A stretch of DNA of 64,000 nt, from NCBI RefSeq assembly GCF_028641065.1, contig NC_073390.1, forward strand, positions 26,412,001-26,476,000, in the 5' to 3' direction. The notes under the pieces are model-generated. The model had not been told where the DNA came from, ran no database searches, and saw only the letters and a list, made by a program, of their open reading frames with translations. Positions 25,555 through 38,880 of this stretch are shown here, piece by piece. Position 1 is the stretch's first letter; every line of letters begins with the position of its first letter. The position numbers were made by a program, and so were the translations under genes. The stretch comes from Leucoraja erinacea. Its lineage: Eukaryota.

Positions 25555-25905
25555 CTAAGGATGTAAACCCAGGCTGACGTCCTCAATAGTATACAGAGAG
25601 ACTGCTGCACTGTCTAAGGTGCCATCCTTTGAATGGGTTGGTAAATCAATCACAATGGTGGCTATTGAACAGCATGTAGACCTATTTTAGACAGGCAGAG
25701 TTCTCCCCATTGTCACGGACAGCATTTATGTAAAAGTTATTCTGATATCATCTCATTGTTGTCAATGAGAGCTTGCTTCGCACAAATAAGCTGACGCAAT
25801 TTCCAGATTCCAACAGTGACTGCACTTTAAAAATACTTCACTAATGGTAAAGGTCTTTGTGGTGATCCGACATTAAAAACAATCCATACAACTATATATT
25901 GCTCT
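25555..25905 (+). mobile_element. Deu-domain SINE (SacSINE1-like), decayed
   Basis: CCAGGCTGAC..CTGCTGCACTGTC..GGTGCCATCCTTTG and CAACAGTGACTGCACTTTAAAAATACTTC motifs. Confidence 0.6.
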
Positions 25906-27633
25906 TCCTCTGTGAATTTTTAGCCTCTGTTTATCCACATTCAATATTCTTGATTAGTGTACAGTGAATTTGTATATTCCTTGTGAAAAAAATCTATTTC
26001 TCATGGATATTCCTAATTGGTAGCAAAAAATAAAAAAAATTGCAATTATACAGTATCACTTGTAAAAATTACATTGTACTTAACAGAAGCATTTGCAAAC
26101 AAGTTTTGTCTTTAAGCACATAAAGGGGTGGTAGGGCATATGACAATGGCTGAGTCAACAAGTTAGGTGTTATGGAACACTTTACAGGAGGAGAGTGAAC
26201 TAGAGAAGGGCATAGAGGTTTTATGCAGCTGAAGGTACAGCATCCCAATTAGGGTGTTGGGTTGGGTTTGTGGTGGAAGGTTACAACTGGCACGTGCAAA
26301 CGACCACAACTGGACGAGAATTGAAGAAGCAGAGTGCACACCAGAGATAGGGAGGGGTGAGGCAGTGGAGGGATTTGAAACCAATAATAAGACTACTAAA
26401 ACTGAGACATTGCATGACTGTGAACCAAAGAAGATCAACAAGCAAGGAGTGACTGATGAATAGGATTTAGTGTGAGATGGGATACAGCTTGGATGAGTAC
26501 AAATTACTTGAGATTTTACTCTGTCCAGGACAACAATGGAGCACTCCAGTCGAGGCTATGAGTTCACGATAATGATTTCATAGCAGATGAGCTTTAGTGG
26601 GAATGAAGGTGAACTTAAGAGGAAGCTGAGCAAGCATGTGTTGGAGAAGAGAAGAAGGTTAAACGGATATTCTAGATGTGGAAGTTGGAAAGAAGCTCAC
26701 TTGAAGGGGCATTCAGGCGACCATAAATTACTTGGCCGAATGGTCTGTTTTGGTGTATCCACTGTGTAATCCCTTGTCATTATGGTCACTATTAAAGTTA
26801 TTACGAGTATTCTAATTCAGTTATAAAGATAACCTGAGGATGCCTGAGTAAAATAAATAGTTTAATTAATGGGTTAATTTTACACCGTATAATTTAGACT
26901 CAGATAAATAGTTTAAGCTTATTCACGTGACTTGCCCAGTGCTTTATTTTTTATAAAACCATTAAAACACACATGAGATGCCAGTCTGATATGCACAAGA
27001 ACCAAATTAATACATTGGACTATTCTGCAGATTATATTGCAGCAAGTTTGCCTAAAGCCACTCAAATCATTCTCACACTCAGGAGCCTAAATTCTCTGTA
27101 GCTCCTTCCAGTTTCTCGTACAAATCTTTTGCCTGGAACCTGCCTTCACTATTGAAACATGAAAGAAGGTTAAAACACAATGGGAGAAGTTGATAAAAAA
27201 AAACATTCTCTCATGTGAATGCATTGGGCTTTAAAAAACATAATTCCTTTGGAATATCAAATAGCTTATTTGCAGAGAAAGCAATTAAAATTCTAATTAT
27301 ATTATAATAGATAAGGCTACAACAGCATTCTCCTTCACCTGTTGTTATAGTCTCCAGAGTCATTAAACTCCACAAAAAGAATTACAAATATCTGGCATAC
27401 ATTTCAAAACTTCTTGACTACACATAACCTCTGCTGTACTGAGTTGAGCAACAACAGCCAAGTTGGAGTTGGAGATAAATAAATCAAAATAATTGTTATC
27501 TTAGTTTATTGAATTATAAACCGAGAATTCTGGAAATGCTCAGCAGGGCAGGAAGCATCCAGGGAAGGTGGAACATTTTGGGCTGAATGCTTTTTCTCAT
27601 GGACCTGTGAAATGATCTTCTGCTCCAAATTAA

Positions 27634-27842
27634 NNNNNNNNNNNNNNNNNNNNNNNNNNNNNNNNNNNNNNNNNNNNNNNNNNNNNNNNNNNNNNNNNNN
27701 NNNNNNNNNNNNNNNNNNNNNNNNNNNNNNNNNNNNNNNNNNNNNNNNNNNNNNNNNNNNNNNNNNNNNNNNNNNNNNNNNNNNNNNNNNNNNNNNNNNN
27801 NNNNNNNNNNNNNNNNNNNNNNNNNNNNNNNNNNNNNNNNNN
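27634..27842. other. Assembly gap
   Basis: Run of N. Confidence 1.
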
Positions 27843-28116
27843 AGTCCGCCTGCAGTACGGATCCCTTCCTGCCTTTTGATTCGCTGCTCCTTCCTCAGCT
27901 TCCAACACACTTTGAAACAATGTTGCAAGACAGGAACACTGAACTTTTCACTGCTGCAGCAGGCAGGGATTTTTTTTAAAGAGGCAGGGCAGTGCTGGAA
28001 TCTTACTTTTGAGAACGGCTTCAGTTCCATTGGAGGAGACGGGTGCATGGTGGAATATTGGGTTGGGGGATCACACCATTGGGGGAGCAGACCCAACGGG
28101 TCTGCACTTGGTCTAG
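27843..28116 (+). mobile_element. Helitron-like 3' end
   Basis: GC-rich hairpin GCAGACCC-AAC-GGGTCTGC (28087-28105), 7-nt spacer, terminal CTAG (28113-28116) followed by T; 5' end presumably in the gap. Confidence 0.7.
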
Positions 28117-28942
28117 TTTAACTTAAAACTAAATGAACAGTGTTAAACTTTTCACCCAATACATAAAAATGAATACATAACTACTTCTTTGTGATTTGGG
28201 TCAGGGACTTCAAATTCTGAAAATTGCAGAAGTGTCCACTGGTTTGACCTCATCTGCTTGGAATCCAGTTGGAATAAACCAATTAAAAGGAAGACATTGA
28301 AATACACTAGAAATGCCCTGGTTGCTATAGTGGGTGACTCAGATTAATATACAGTAATTTAGAATTACCCTGGCTGTTATCAGACTATGTACCCCGCAGT
28401 TTGGGCAATGATAATTCACCCTTACAGAATTCACAAATTACAGCCAAAAACTGAAAAAAATGTGCATATACTGAAATAATATGAGAAAAATATAACTCAG
28501 TAAATACAAAATGTAAAATAAATGTTGTCATTTTTTTGCCATGCGTTCATGTTATGAAAAATTATGATATAGATATTATTCTTGGAATACAACCCATCCA
28601 TAATGTGAGGCTGTACTGTGCTCTGGTCAGGATACAGGTGATAGCAAGGGTAGTGCTGGTTTGAATACACTTAGTATATAGTCATTAAGTTAGAACATAG
28701 GCATTTGGAACTGTTTGCTCAGGACACAATTATTTATGACATGTGTATTTGGAATACTTTCATTGGGATACAATCAAATGCTTTAGAAGTGGTGAGGTTC
28801 ATGTAAGGTTAGAAAATGTAGGTTTTGCCATGCTTTTGTTGAGCTGAGAGATTGGGAAAAACCAAAGCCATGCAGTGGAACAAGGTATGCAATGCAGAGT
28901 GCCCTCTTGATGGATCGGATAGGGAACTGTGTGATCCTTTTC

Positions 28943-29359
28943 CAGTCACTGCCTGACTCGCGTAAGGGAGTTCTGTAAAGCCTTACGCAAGTCAGATTTT
29001 ACGCATATCAGAATCATCTTAAAACTAGGTAGAAACAAAGAACTGTGGATGTTGGATAATGCACAAAATGACACAAATTACTGGTCAGGCAACATCTCTG
29101 GTAAGCATGGAGAGGTGACCCTTCTTCAGATTGATTCAGTTTGCTTAGTTATTCCAGCACTTTGTTCCACCATAACACTGGAAGAGCAGCAAGCACAGGT
29201 GATGCTTTTATATCTATGAAGTGGGGGGGCTGCAAGCCCTTGCCTTCCTCCTGTTGCAATAACACCGGCCATGCAGGAAAATGAGACCACCTATTGTGAA
29301 TTGTTTACGTAAGTACGAGTTTACGTAAGTCGCCTATTATGTAAGTAGGGGAGTGCCTG
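28943..29359. mobile_element. Decayed pogo/Tigger-like MITE with Penelope insert
   Basis: Right end TATGTAAGTAGGGGAGTGCCTG with subterminal TTACGTAAGT repeats; weak left counterpart CAGTCACTGCCTGACTCGCG. Confidence 0.4.
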
Positions 29360-29879
29360 CATGTTGCCAAGAACTACTTCCTCTGCTCAAGTTCAGAATG
29401 CACGCAGACTGTCACTTCACGGGGGTGGCTAATCTTTTCCAAGTCCGAGTTTTATGAATATATTGCGGTGAAGCTGCGTATCTCTGGATGTGCACAGCTG
29501 GAAAGTAAAATCAACCCACGCAATAATAGATACCAGCGGAGTCACCTAAATGGAGGTTAATACTGGCCTGCAGGCATTCAGTCCAAACAGATATTAACAT
29601 GCCAAAGATTGAATGCCTTCTCTGCTAAATGGCTCAGTGTGGGGAGAGTGTCAGCACTTTAGGAATGCATTATCTACATTACATCACTCTTACACACACA
29701 CCTGACAACCTTTTCTGTTGGGTTTATAATTCAGTGTTTTTCTATTGTGGATATTTCAGTTCAAACAGTTACTGCTCTTGCAGTCGACTTGCTCATGGGC
29801 TCTGGTTGTGTGGGAGCATGGAATCTTTTGGCTCAGAATCCATTCCCACTGAACAGTGTGTCCCAGTGCACCAATAATA

Positions 29880-29980
29880 AGTTGAGAAGGGTTCTGACCC
29901 GAAACGTCACTGATCCATGTTCTCCAGGCCAATGCTGCCTGACCCACCAAATTACTCCAACGTTTTGTGTCCTTTTGTGG
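29880..29980 (+). mobile_element. Penelope-like terminus
   Basis: AGAAGGGTTCTGACCCGAAACGTCAC..TGCTGCCTGACCC..TTACTCCA. Confidence 0.7.
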
Positions 29981-30519
29981 TGAAATGATGATTCATTGCA
30001 ACAAACATTTTGAAACGTTTTAGCAGATGAACACGTAAATACAAAACCAAGACTTATGATTAATAAAATGTAAGATAAGGGATAGAAACAGCTCCAGATT
30101 TTATTTCCTCTGGGTGCTTTGAACTGTACTGGTTATTGTGCTTGTGTATTAAATTCCTTACTGCGGTATTTTAACCCATCAAACACATCACCACCAAATA
30201 AACTGCATCAGAAACACTACACAGACAGACAGTGAGCAGACCGGCCCTAAAATATCCTTGGTCTTCAGACAGATCCCACCACACCCCACTCTCCACACAA
30301 TGCAGGAACTACAGTATTTCTATGGTGCTGGTTCTTTGAAACTGGCTAACGCAATCATTGAGGGCATTCAACGGTCTCTCCTAACTTAGTTGGGAACCCC
30401 TTTTAACTGTGAATAGCCTAACAAATTAATTTGTCTGCAAAGTAGCCAATTTATTCATCAGCCCTTGTATCCTGAGGAGTTGTTGCAGAATATGGGCTTC
30501 AGTTCCAATCTTTACAAAA

Positions 30520-30860
30520 ATCTTAAACCATTTAAAGAACATTTGTACCGGTACAAGGATAGGACAGGTTTTATGGGATTTGAATCAAAAGCAGGCAAAT
30601 GGGATTGCTGTAGATAGGCATCTTGGTTGGTACAGATGAGTTGGGCCAAAGGACCTTTTTGTGCACTGTATAACTCTATGCATCTAACTCCAGATTAACT
30701 GACCAACACATGCGTCTTTGGTATGGGGGAGGAAACCGAAACACCCAGTGGAAATCTACACAATTACAGCAAGAAAATGCAAACTCCAAACTGGTAGTGC
30801 CCAAAGTCATGATCTAACCTAGATTGATGGTCTGTACCAGCGTGTTACTGTGTTGTCCCA
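30520..30860. mobile_element. CR1 3' tail (+) abutting a decayed HE1-like SINE (-)
   Basis: GAGTTGGGCCAAAGGACC..TGTATAACTCTATG then GGAGGAAACCGAAACACCC..GCAAACTCCA. Confidence 0.6.
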
Positions 30861-31155
30861 ATGGAGAATACTTTTTTAATTCCCGCTTGCCTACTACTTA
30901 AAACCAAGAAAACAGAGCCATGGGTTTGGATGTTTTTCGGATTGCAGCTCCCTCTGGAACCTTGGTACTGGCAGCAACCTAGATTGGTCAGTGGCATGGT
31001 AAAATGGAACAGTGATCATGGACACATTACACAGCATCCTCACCTGCAAGAGGCACTGGTCATCACTTGTTTGATGTTTGTGTGTGGGGAGATCTGGGCA
31101 GTGAGAAGGCTTCTCAGAAAGCACAGTGTAAAAGCAGAGAGGGATTCAGAAACCA

Positions 31156-31430
31156 TCAGTCTGAAGAAGGGTCTCAGCCTGAAACATCGCCCATTCCTTC
31201 TCTCCAGAGATGCTGCTTGTCCTGCTGAGTTACTCCAGCATTCTCTCTATGCTTTCAAGAGAGAGTTAGATAGAGCTCTTAAAGATAGCGGAGTCAGGGG
31301 ATATCGGGAGAAGGCAGGAATGGGGTACTGATTGGGGATGATCAGCCATGATCACAGTGAATGGAGGTGCTGACTCGAAGGGCCGAATGGCCTACTCTTG
31401 CACCTATTGTCTATTGTTTATTGTCTATTG
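31156..31430 (+). mobile_element. Penelope terminus fused to CR1 3' end
   Basis: TCAGTCTGAAGAAGGGTCTCAGCCTGAAACATC then FKRELDRALKDSG and CTATTGT tail. Confidence 0.75.
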
Positions 31431-33094
31431 AAATGAAATCTCCGATTGCTGGTGAGATTTATTAATTGTTAATTAGTTAACTGAATAATCGAGTGCAGTT
31501 TTGGCATCATTTCAAGAACAGAAGCAGACGTAACAAACCTGGTCAATTGTGCATGCTCGTCCCTTAATTAACTTTGTTGTCATTTCTTGCAACCTGATGT
31601 AAAATGAATGTTTGTGCTGAGGGCCAATAGACTATTTTTAAAAGCAGAGGAATATAAAAGAATAGGATAGGAAAGGTCATTGCTGTTTAACCCTGAGGGA
31701 CACAAAATGAGTAAGAAACCAACAAAAAAAACTAACCGGCATTTAGTAATGTCAAGCAAAGCCAGTAGAATGGAATCAATTGTAGGACCATCAAAAGGCC
31801 TTTTTGAAAAGGACTGAGTGTGTGGAGGTTACAGCATTAAACATACCCATCTTTTCCCTAAACATCTTTTGACTTCCGAGAAGATGCTGGCAGAGTTGCC
31901 TCTGAGTTGGATCTTGAAAATCTGGAAGGGGTTGAGAATTTTATTTTTACTTCGTATTTTTTTTTTTTATAAACAGTTGTTAATAGTGTCAATTGATTAG
32001 TGCACACATTTCCAGTGCTAGACTCTTCCATTCATGTATTTCCTAATTAAGACGGCAAAGATAAATAGGAAGAAAACTATCTAAGAGAGTTGTCTGAGAC
32101 CAGAGGCCATAGGTTTAAGATAAGGAGTAAGATATTTAGTGTAGATCTGAAGATTTAATTTTACTCAGAAGGTGGTTGGAATCTGAAGCACGTTGTCTGG
32201 TGAAGGAAGAGACTCTCACATGTAAGGTGTAACTGAATGGGCACTTGAATCATGAAGGCATTGTAAGTTACAGACTAGGTGTTGGCCAATGTGATCAGTA
32301 TGGATAGGCTCTTAATGGTTGACAAAGACATTGTGAACAACTTGTTTCTGTATGGTATGACTGCCCTAATTAATTAATTAATTAACCCTGTCATAACCTG
32401 AATTAATGAAATAATGGCTGAATGACTCTAAGATTTTTGTTTGATTTGTGACATGTAAATTTCAGTGTTATTCTTAAATTGGTGAAGTTCAGCTTCATTG
32501 GAGGTATAAATCTGGCAGTTTGGGTTGCATACACATCATAAACTGAAAGAATAAGTTGTCCCATTAATAGCTGGTTAGCAGCACAAGTTTTATGGACCTG
32601 ACAAATGTAAGACATAGTGGCATTAAGATGGACGGGAAGCACAAGTGAGGTCAACTCTCTTAATTGCTTTTAAATATTATTAATTAAATGTAAGTTCATC
32701 TTACATGGAATTGGGACTCAGCCAAGAACTTCTTCATAGCTGTTGCTCAGCATTGCCAAAAGTTCTTCTGAGGCGCAGTGGAGTTTCTGCTACACGGCTG
32801 CTGAACTTACAGCAGGGAAATAGAGTCAGCTTCATGCAAGTCACTAGTTTAAATATAGGAGAGAATCTGACCAGAATGTGTTGTTCAAAGGTTCTCGCAG
32901 TTGCACTGCTTGGAGAAAGATACATGTGAATGATTGGCATCTGCAGATTCTGTTATAATTGAGGATAACCAATGACCAATAAGAAATATAAAATGAAGAT
33001 AGAATGCTGATGGGGAATGTTCCTTTGGGGATTTAATGTCTTCATTGTCCACAAAAATAGAAACGTAGTTGAAGGTAATTACAACCTTGGTATT

Positions 33095-33585
33095 GGTATA
33101 GGTTTACCATTGTCACATGGACAGAGATAAAGTGAAAACCTTTGTTTTGTGCGGACCATACAATAAGATCATAACAATAAAATCACACAATCATATATTA
33201 TGCGAGTACAACAGGTTGTGCTGAAAAGAAAGGAAACAGAGAATATAGTATCATGTCTACAGAGGAAGTACAGATTTGTTTTTAAAGTGCAAAGGCCACA
33301 CAATGTAGATTGGGAGGTGGGGAATTTATCTGGGGCGTATGAGAGGTCTGTGCAATAGTCTGATAACTATCTGCTGTTACATGATCTCAATATTTTGTAT
33401 CTTCTTCCTGATACTTCCTGATGGGAGAGGGGAAAAGAGAGAATGAATGGAGTGTGATTGGTCCTTCATTACGATGGCTGCTTTACTGAGGCAGTGTGTA
33501 ATACAGATGGATCAATGGTGGGGGAGGGGTGGGGGAGGCTGGTTTGTGTGATGGACTGGACAGCATCCACAACTCTCAGCAATTT
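33095..33585 (-). mobile_element. Old Rex1/Babar LINE 3' fragment
   Basis: ATTGTCACATG..AGTGAAAA tail; GTATCTTCTTCCTGATGGGAG encodes a degenerate LPSGRRY motif. Confidence 0.55.
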
Positions 33586-33944
33586 TTAGCCTTTTTCCAT
33601 TTTCTGGACTGGCAGAGGTTTGCTCTTGGTGACTGAGATACATCATATGCATTCTGATGATGAACCTCCCACAGTAAGTTCATTAGTGAGTGTCGTGAAT
33701 TAGCAGCCAGTGTGAGGGTAGGGCAGAGTGCTGAGAACAAGCCTCAAACGTCACCTGTTTATTTTCTCCAGAGATGCTGTCTGATCCGCTGAATTACTCC
33801 AGCTTTTTATGTCTAACCTCAGAGTCGGTGTTGATCTGTGCAGAAGATGTCATAGCAATTGTTAAACTTGGATTGTTAGAGGTCAAGGTCCACAGGAAGG
33901 TGCTACCTTCTGAGCAGGCTGCATAAATAAGGGAGTAGAACGTC

Positions 33945-34270
33945 AAATGTCAAGTTGATTTTATTGTCATATGCACAAGTACGGTGAGGTATCGGTACAA
34001 TGAAAATCTTGTTTGCAGCAGTTTCACACACAGACAACACACAGAACATAAATTATACAAGTATGTGAAAAGAAAAAGACTGCAAAAGAAACATTCACGA
34101 TAAAACACAAATAGATAATGAGTCCATGGTGGAGATGATCTGCAGTGTTCCACTGCCGAGATAGGATTAAAGTTGTGCAGGTCAGTTCAAGAATCTGATC
34201 GTCGTAGGGAAGTAGCTGCTCGTGAACCTGGTGGTGTAGGACTTCAGGCTTCTGTACCTCCTGCCTGACT
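33945..34270 (-). mobile_element. Rex1/Babar LINE 3' fragment
   Basis: TTTATTGTCATATG..GGTACAATGAAA tail; GGGAAGTAGCTG..CTGTACCTCCTGCCTGA encodes SGRRYRSL..TRF.SSYFP. Confidence 0.7.
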
Positions 34271-35999
34271 GTGTGACGTGACCTTTATAGGTTATTGTAC
34301 CAGGCATTTCGGTTTAGTTAACAACTATTGTCTTCAGTTAAGGTTTTGGCTGCCTGTAGCTTTGTCTCTGTGTATCTCCTTATGTGAGCTACAATACAAA
34401 GGAACAACAGACACTATAATTACAGGATGATTCAATTCCATGTGCTTGCAGGAATTTATAAAGGAAATACAAGCTGTAGCAGCAGTCTCATCTCACCCCC
34501 ATCAATGCCATCACTTCCAGGCCTGCTCACCTGCATGTTTGACTTGGACTCGGCTCTTCATGTGGGAGATCAACTCATGTTTCAAACAGGTGCTGACAAG
34601 CATTTCATTGTCAGTAATGAATGATCACTGCCAAATGAAGAGGCTTTCTCTCACCTGTTACATTGATTTTACATGAGTGCATCTTCCCTTTAAAAAAAAA
34701 ACTGATTCATGAGTGACAATTTAATTAGTGCATTTGGAGACCTGAGTCTCATTTACTCTGAGCTCTATTTTCACTGCTCGGGTTAACGGGATCTGCCAAA
34801 TTCCTGTTTTAATGCATCTGTTAATCAGTTTAAAATAACACAAGCATGGGGCAAGAGTTAATGAATGCAGAAAATAAAACAGGGGCAACTTTGTGTGAAG
34901 GTAACAGCAATGAATCAAAGTTACCTGTACAGGACAAACACATTCTTTGACCAGACCCTGACCTAGTCTACATTCTCAGGGTCATGTTGCTTAGCAACCA
35001 ATGATACTCTGGAATAGAGTGAGTCTGGTCACAGACCCACTTTAGCGTTTTGGCTGAAGTTGTGTTGCGGAAGGGAGGAGTTGCTGCAGCTCACCAACAA
35101 AGTCAGTTGAATAATTTTAAGCTTAACAAAAGATTATTGATTACCGTACAAGCTTAGCTGTCAGCACAATAGTCGAGAATGGAATTGCCCTTGGTTGTGT
35201 TCACAATAATACCAAGAGCGTGCTTTCAGAATGAGGTACACGTAAATAGATACTTGAAATTCAAATTTATGTTTCTCTCTGGCCTGCGTGAGTATTTGGC
35301 AGTCTTTTCTGTGGTATCCGCTAACCTTACTGAAATGTATTTGCCATGCTACATGAACTCAGAGTTAAACATCTATGGAGTCGGGTGGCTGGAATGCAGT
35401 AAGATGGAGCAATCAGATATAAGCAGTCAAGGTTCCTCTGCGTGACATTTCTAGTGATAAATGGGCTACTTTCTTGTGTCTGGTGGAATCAACAATCACT
35501 TCATTCAGCACCAGCAAAATACTTCAGAAGGAAGATGTGACTATTCAGGCCATGCTTCTACTTTGCAATTGAGAAGAACCACACGGCATAATTTAGACGG
35601 TAACTATGTATTGCCACATTACCATTGTCCAATGCATTTGCTTTACATGGACTCTATATGCAGTGCTGTGCTGTCATTTAGCTGCTGTTGTCAATTCACT
35701 GGTTGTGTTGGGAGATACTCTAGTTTTCATGTCTGCAGATAATCAACCTCACTTGTTGGATATGGTCGGCCTTTGGGGAACATGAAAGCTCGAGGAAGCT
35801 GCTCAATCATCGGAGTAAATCTGTACATGTCTGTTCCTCAGCACCGTTTTCTTCTTACCTTAATAAAAAAATATTTATTTTGACCTTGGAAGTTCCAATA
35901 TTCCCAGAGTTGTGTTTTCTGATTTCACTCCTGAGTAGATTGGTGCCTTTGTGCATTTTATGATTAGATGAAATAATCTCTTCACACCAAATCTCTACT

Positions 36000-38120
36000 C
36001 ATCCATACTTTGAGGGAATTGGACAGAGCAAGTGACTGGAGAGTCACTTGTTGATGCTTTTGGGATAAGCGACCACAATTCTATGGGCTTGGTTTTGTGT
36101 ATAGAGGACCGTGTCTTGTAAATTTGATTGTCTTTTGAAGAGATTAATAAAAAGATTTACAAGGCCAGGGCCATAGATGTAGTCTATATGGACATCAACG
36201 TTGATAAAGTCATGTGGTAGGTTACTCTGGAAGGTTATATCGCATGTGATTTAAGGAGAGCTAACTAACCAGATGCAGAATTGACGGTACACAAAAATGC
36301 TGGAGAAACTCAGCGGGTGCGGCAGCATCTATGGAGTGAAGGAAATAGGCAACATTTCGGGCCGAAACCCATCTTCAGACTGACTCCTTGGTAGGAAATA
36401 GAGGTTGTTGGGGAAGGATTTTGTTCAGACTGGAGGCCGGTGACTAATAGCATGTCTCAGGCATTGGGGCTGGACCCAATGATTATTAAGTTTGTGGATG
36501 ATGTAAAAGTAGATTGTATCGGAGGCAGTGAAGATGATTATTAAAAATTACAGTGAGATCTTGATCAGCTAGGCAATGGGCCAAGGATTGGTAAATTGAG
36601 TTTAATTCAGATGGGCGAGGTGATGTATTTTGGCTAGTCAAACCGGGGCAGGAACTGCACTGTGAATGATAGGTCTAGGTGTTCAAGTAAATAATTCTCT
36701 GAAAGTAATGTCACGTGTGGTGAAGAAGGCTTTTGGCTCATTGGCCTTCATCATTCAGGGTATTGGGTATAGACGTTCGGACGTTATGTTACAGTTGTAC
36801 AAGACATTGATGAGGCCACACTTGGAGCATTGTGTTCAGTTTTAGTCACAGTATGGAGTTCAAGATCATCTTTAATCAGTACCCATATTATAGCAGTACA
36901 GCAGGTCGTTAGTTGTTTGTTCATCGTTACCGCTACCAAGACTGACCAGTGTAGGAAGTGGGTGTTAGTATGAATCTTACAGTAAGGTGGGGTTAGTGAT
37001 GCTATTCTACTATGATTGGTTCACATGCAATAACCAATCTACATCCTTCCCCGTAAAGAGCGAATATAGTTAAACACACATGCAGCTGGAATTTAAACAT
37101 ACTCGCCATATCTATCAGGCGGTCTACTAATACGGCCCAAACGCGTACGGACCAAGCCCTCTCCCCCTTCGCCAGAAAAGTTAGAGGGAGGCGGTGAACC
37201 CGGAAGTGAGAAAGCAGCTGGGGACACTCGTGCTGACCGACAGGGGGAGCATGCGGGTGAGGTAGTGTTGTTGTTAGTCATGGCCGCCGGTCGTGGTGGA
37301 GTAAGGGACATGCTGGAACTAGTGGTGGCCATGGCAGCAGACGGCTGGAACGGTAGAGGTGGAGCGAAAGGATCGGCTGGTGGGGGACGTGGTTCCTTCA
37401 CAATCAGCAAGTGTTGGCGGCTCCGACGGTACAAGGCGCCATCGATGTCAACAAGGTAGGATCGGGGTTCTTTGGACGGGCCGAAAACGCAACCTAGACG
37501 GGAATGTCCCACGGTAGTTTGCAAGCGGACGACTTGGCCCGGTAGTAGTGGTTTAAGTGGTTTGCTGGACTTGTCATGTGATCGTTTCTGGATGTCGTGT
37601 TTCTCCTGAATGCGCTAAACACACTTCCCACTTCTGACACCATGTAAATAAGCAGACTACACAGTCTGGAGTTCAAGATTATCTTTAATCAGTACCCATA
37701 TTATAGCGGTATAGCAGGTCATTAGTTGTTAGTTCATCGTTACCGCTTCCAAGACTGACCAGTATAGGAAGTGGGTGTTAGTATGAATCGTACAGTAAGG
37801 TGGGGTTAGTGATGCTATTCCACTATGATTAGTTCACATGCATTAACCAATCTACATGCCATTAAGTTTGGCATTCTAGCCATTAAGCTGGAAAGAATGT
37901 AAAGAAGATTTACGGGGATGTGGCAGGACTCGAGGGACTGAGCTAGAGGGAACAGGGGGACAGGCTAGGGCTTTTTTTCTTAGCATGCAGGAAGCTATGA
38001 GATGATCTTACTGATGTGTATAAAATAATGAAGGGAATAGATAGGGTGACTGAAATTATTTCTAAGAATAGGGTAATCAGGAACTAAAGGGCAAAGGTTT
38101 AAGGTGAGAGGGGAGGGTGT
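36000..38120 (+). mobile_element. Decayed CR1 RT fragment hosting a Penelope terminus (36285-36385) and a Gypsy element
   Basis: GATGTAGTCTATATGGAC, TTGTACAAGACATTGATGAGGCCACACTTGGAG; resumes after 37856 with GCCATTAAGCTGGAAAG. Confidence 0.75.
36847..37856 (-). mobile_element. Internally deleted Gypsy LTR retrotransposon (~1 kb, TRIM-like)
   Basis: 5' LTR 37643-37856 (TG..CA), 3' LTR 36847-37043 (outer ~17 bp lost); PBS TGGTGTCAGAAGTGGGA matching tRNA-Leu 3' end; PPT GGGGAAGGA; internal ORF 37093-37524 PRSYLV..YRRSRQHL..TRLGRISRPPDRY typical of Gypsy integrase C-terminus. Confidence 0.9.
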
Positions 38121-38693
38121 TGAGAATGGCAAAGCTGCGCCCTAGGAGCCCTTGATAAGCAGACAGAAGGAGTGGATCACTTTCAAAGCACCTATTCACC
38201 AGACCCATCCGCGGTTACCAAATTGACCTCATCAACCATCTTCAGAAGCTACTAAATTGGCATGGAAGCAAATCTTTCTCGATCCTCACGTTCTGCCTGA
38301 GAAGATGTTGTTAGGCCATGGAATCACAACTGACTGCAGGAAAGTTGATGAGCTTCTGATTTTGACCTTCCATCTCTCACAGCAGATTGTCACCGTGCTC
38401 TTCCCTCATGCTCTTACCCCCAATCTCCCAAGGCTCCCAACCTCCAAGAAGCCAAGGATTTTCACATGCATCTGCAACACAGTGCGAGTATGAGCGTGTG
38501 TGCATGTATCAACATCAGTGTGAGTGAGTGTTCATGTATCAGTGGGAGTATATGCATGCGTGGGTGTGTGACTGTAAAAAAGTGTGTGGGTGAATGTGGA
38601 TGTGACAGTGTGAGTGTGAATGATTATAAAGACTTACAGTGAGATCTTGATCAGCTGGGCAATGGAACGGATATGACTGCGAGTGTGACTATA

Positions 38694-38880
38694 GGGCCTG
38701 TCCCACTTTCACGACCTAATTCATGACCTTTTTTACTCGTGGACATTTTTCATCATGCTAGAAAAACGCCCCGACCTACTTGATGCCACGAGCATCTACG
38801 ATTAGCATCACGACCTCCTACGACCTACTTACGACCTCGTGACGACCATGCTGCGAGTATGAGTCAAGGGCAAACTCTCA
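38694..38880. mobile_element. Left end of Harbinger-type MITE
   Basis: AGGGCCTGTCCCACTTTCACGACCTAATT with ACGACC subterminal repeats; related to 50978. Confidence 0.65.

Noticed and set aside
24221-28121. Long ORFs containing X runs
   Set aside because: Artefacts of reading through the two N gaps
37626-37642. tRNA-Leu gene
   Set aside because: Only the 3' terminal ~17 nt including CCA; it is the primer-binding site of the Gypsy element
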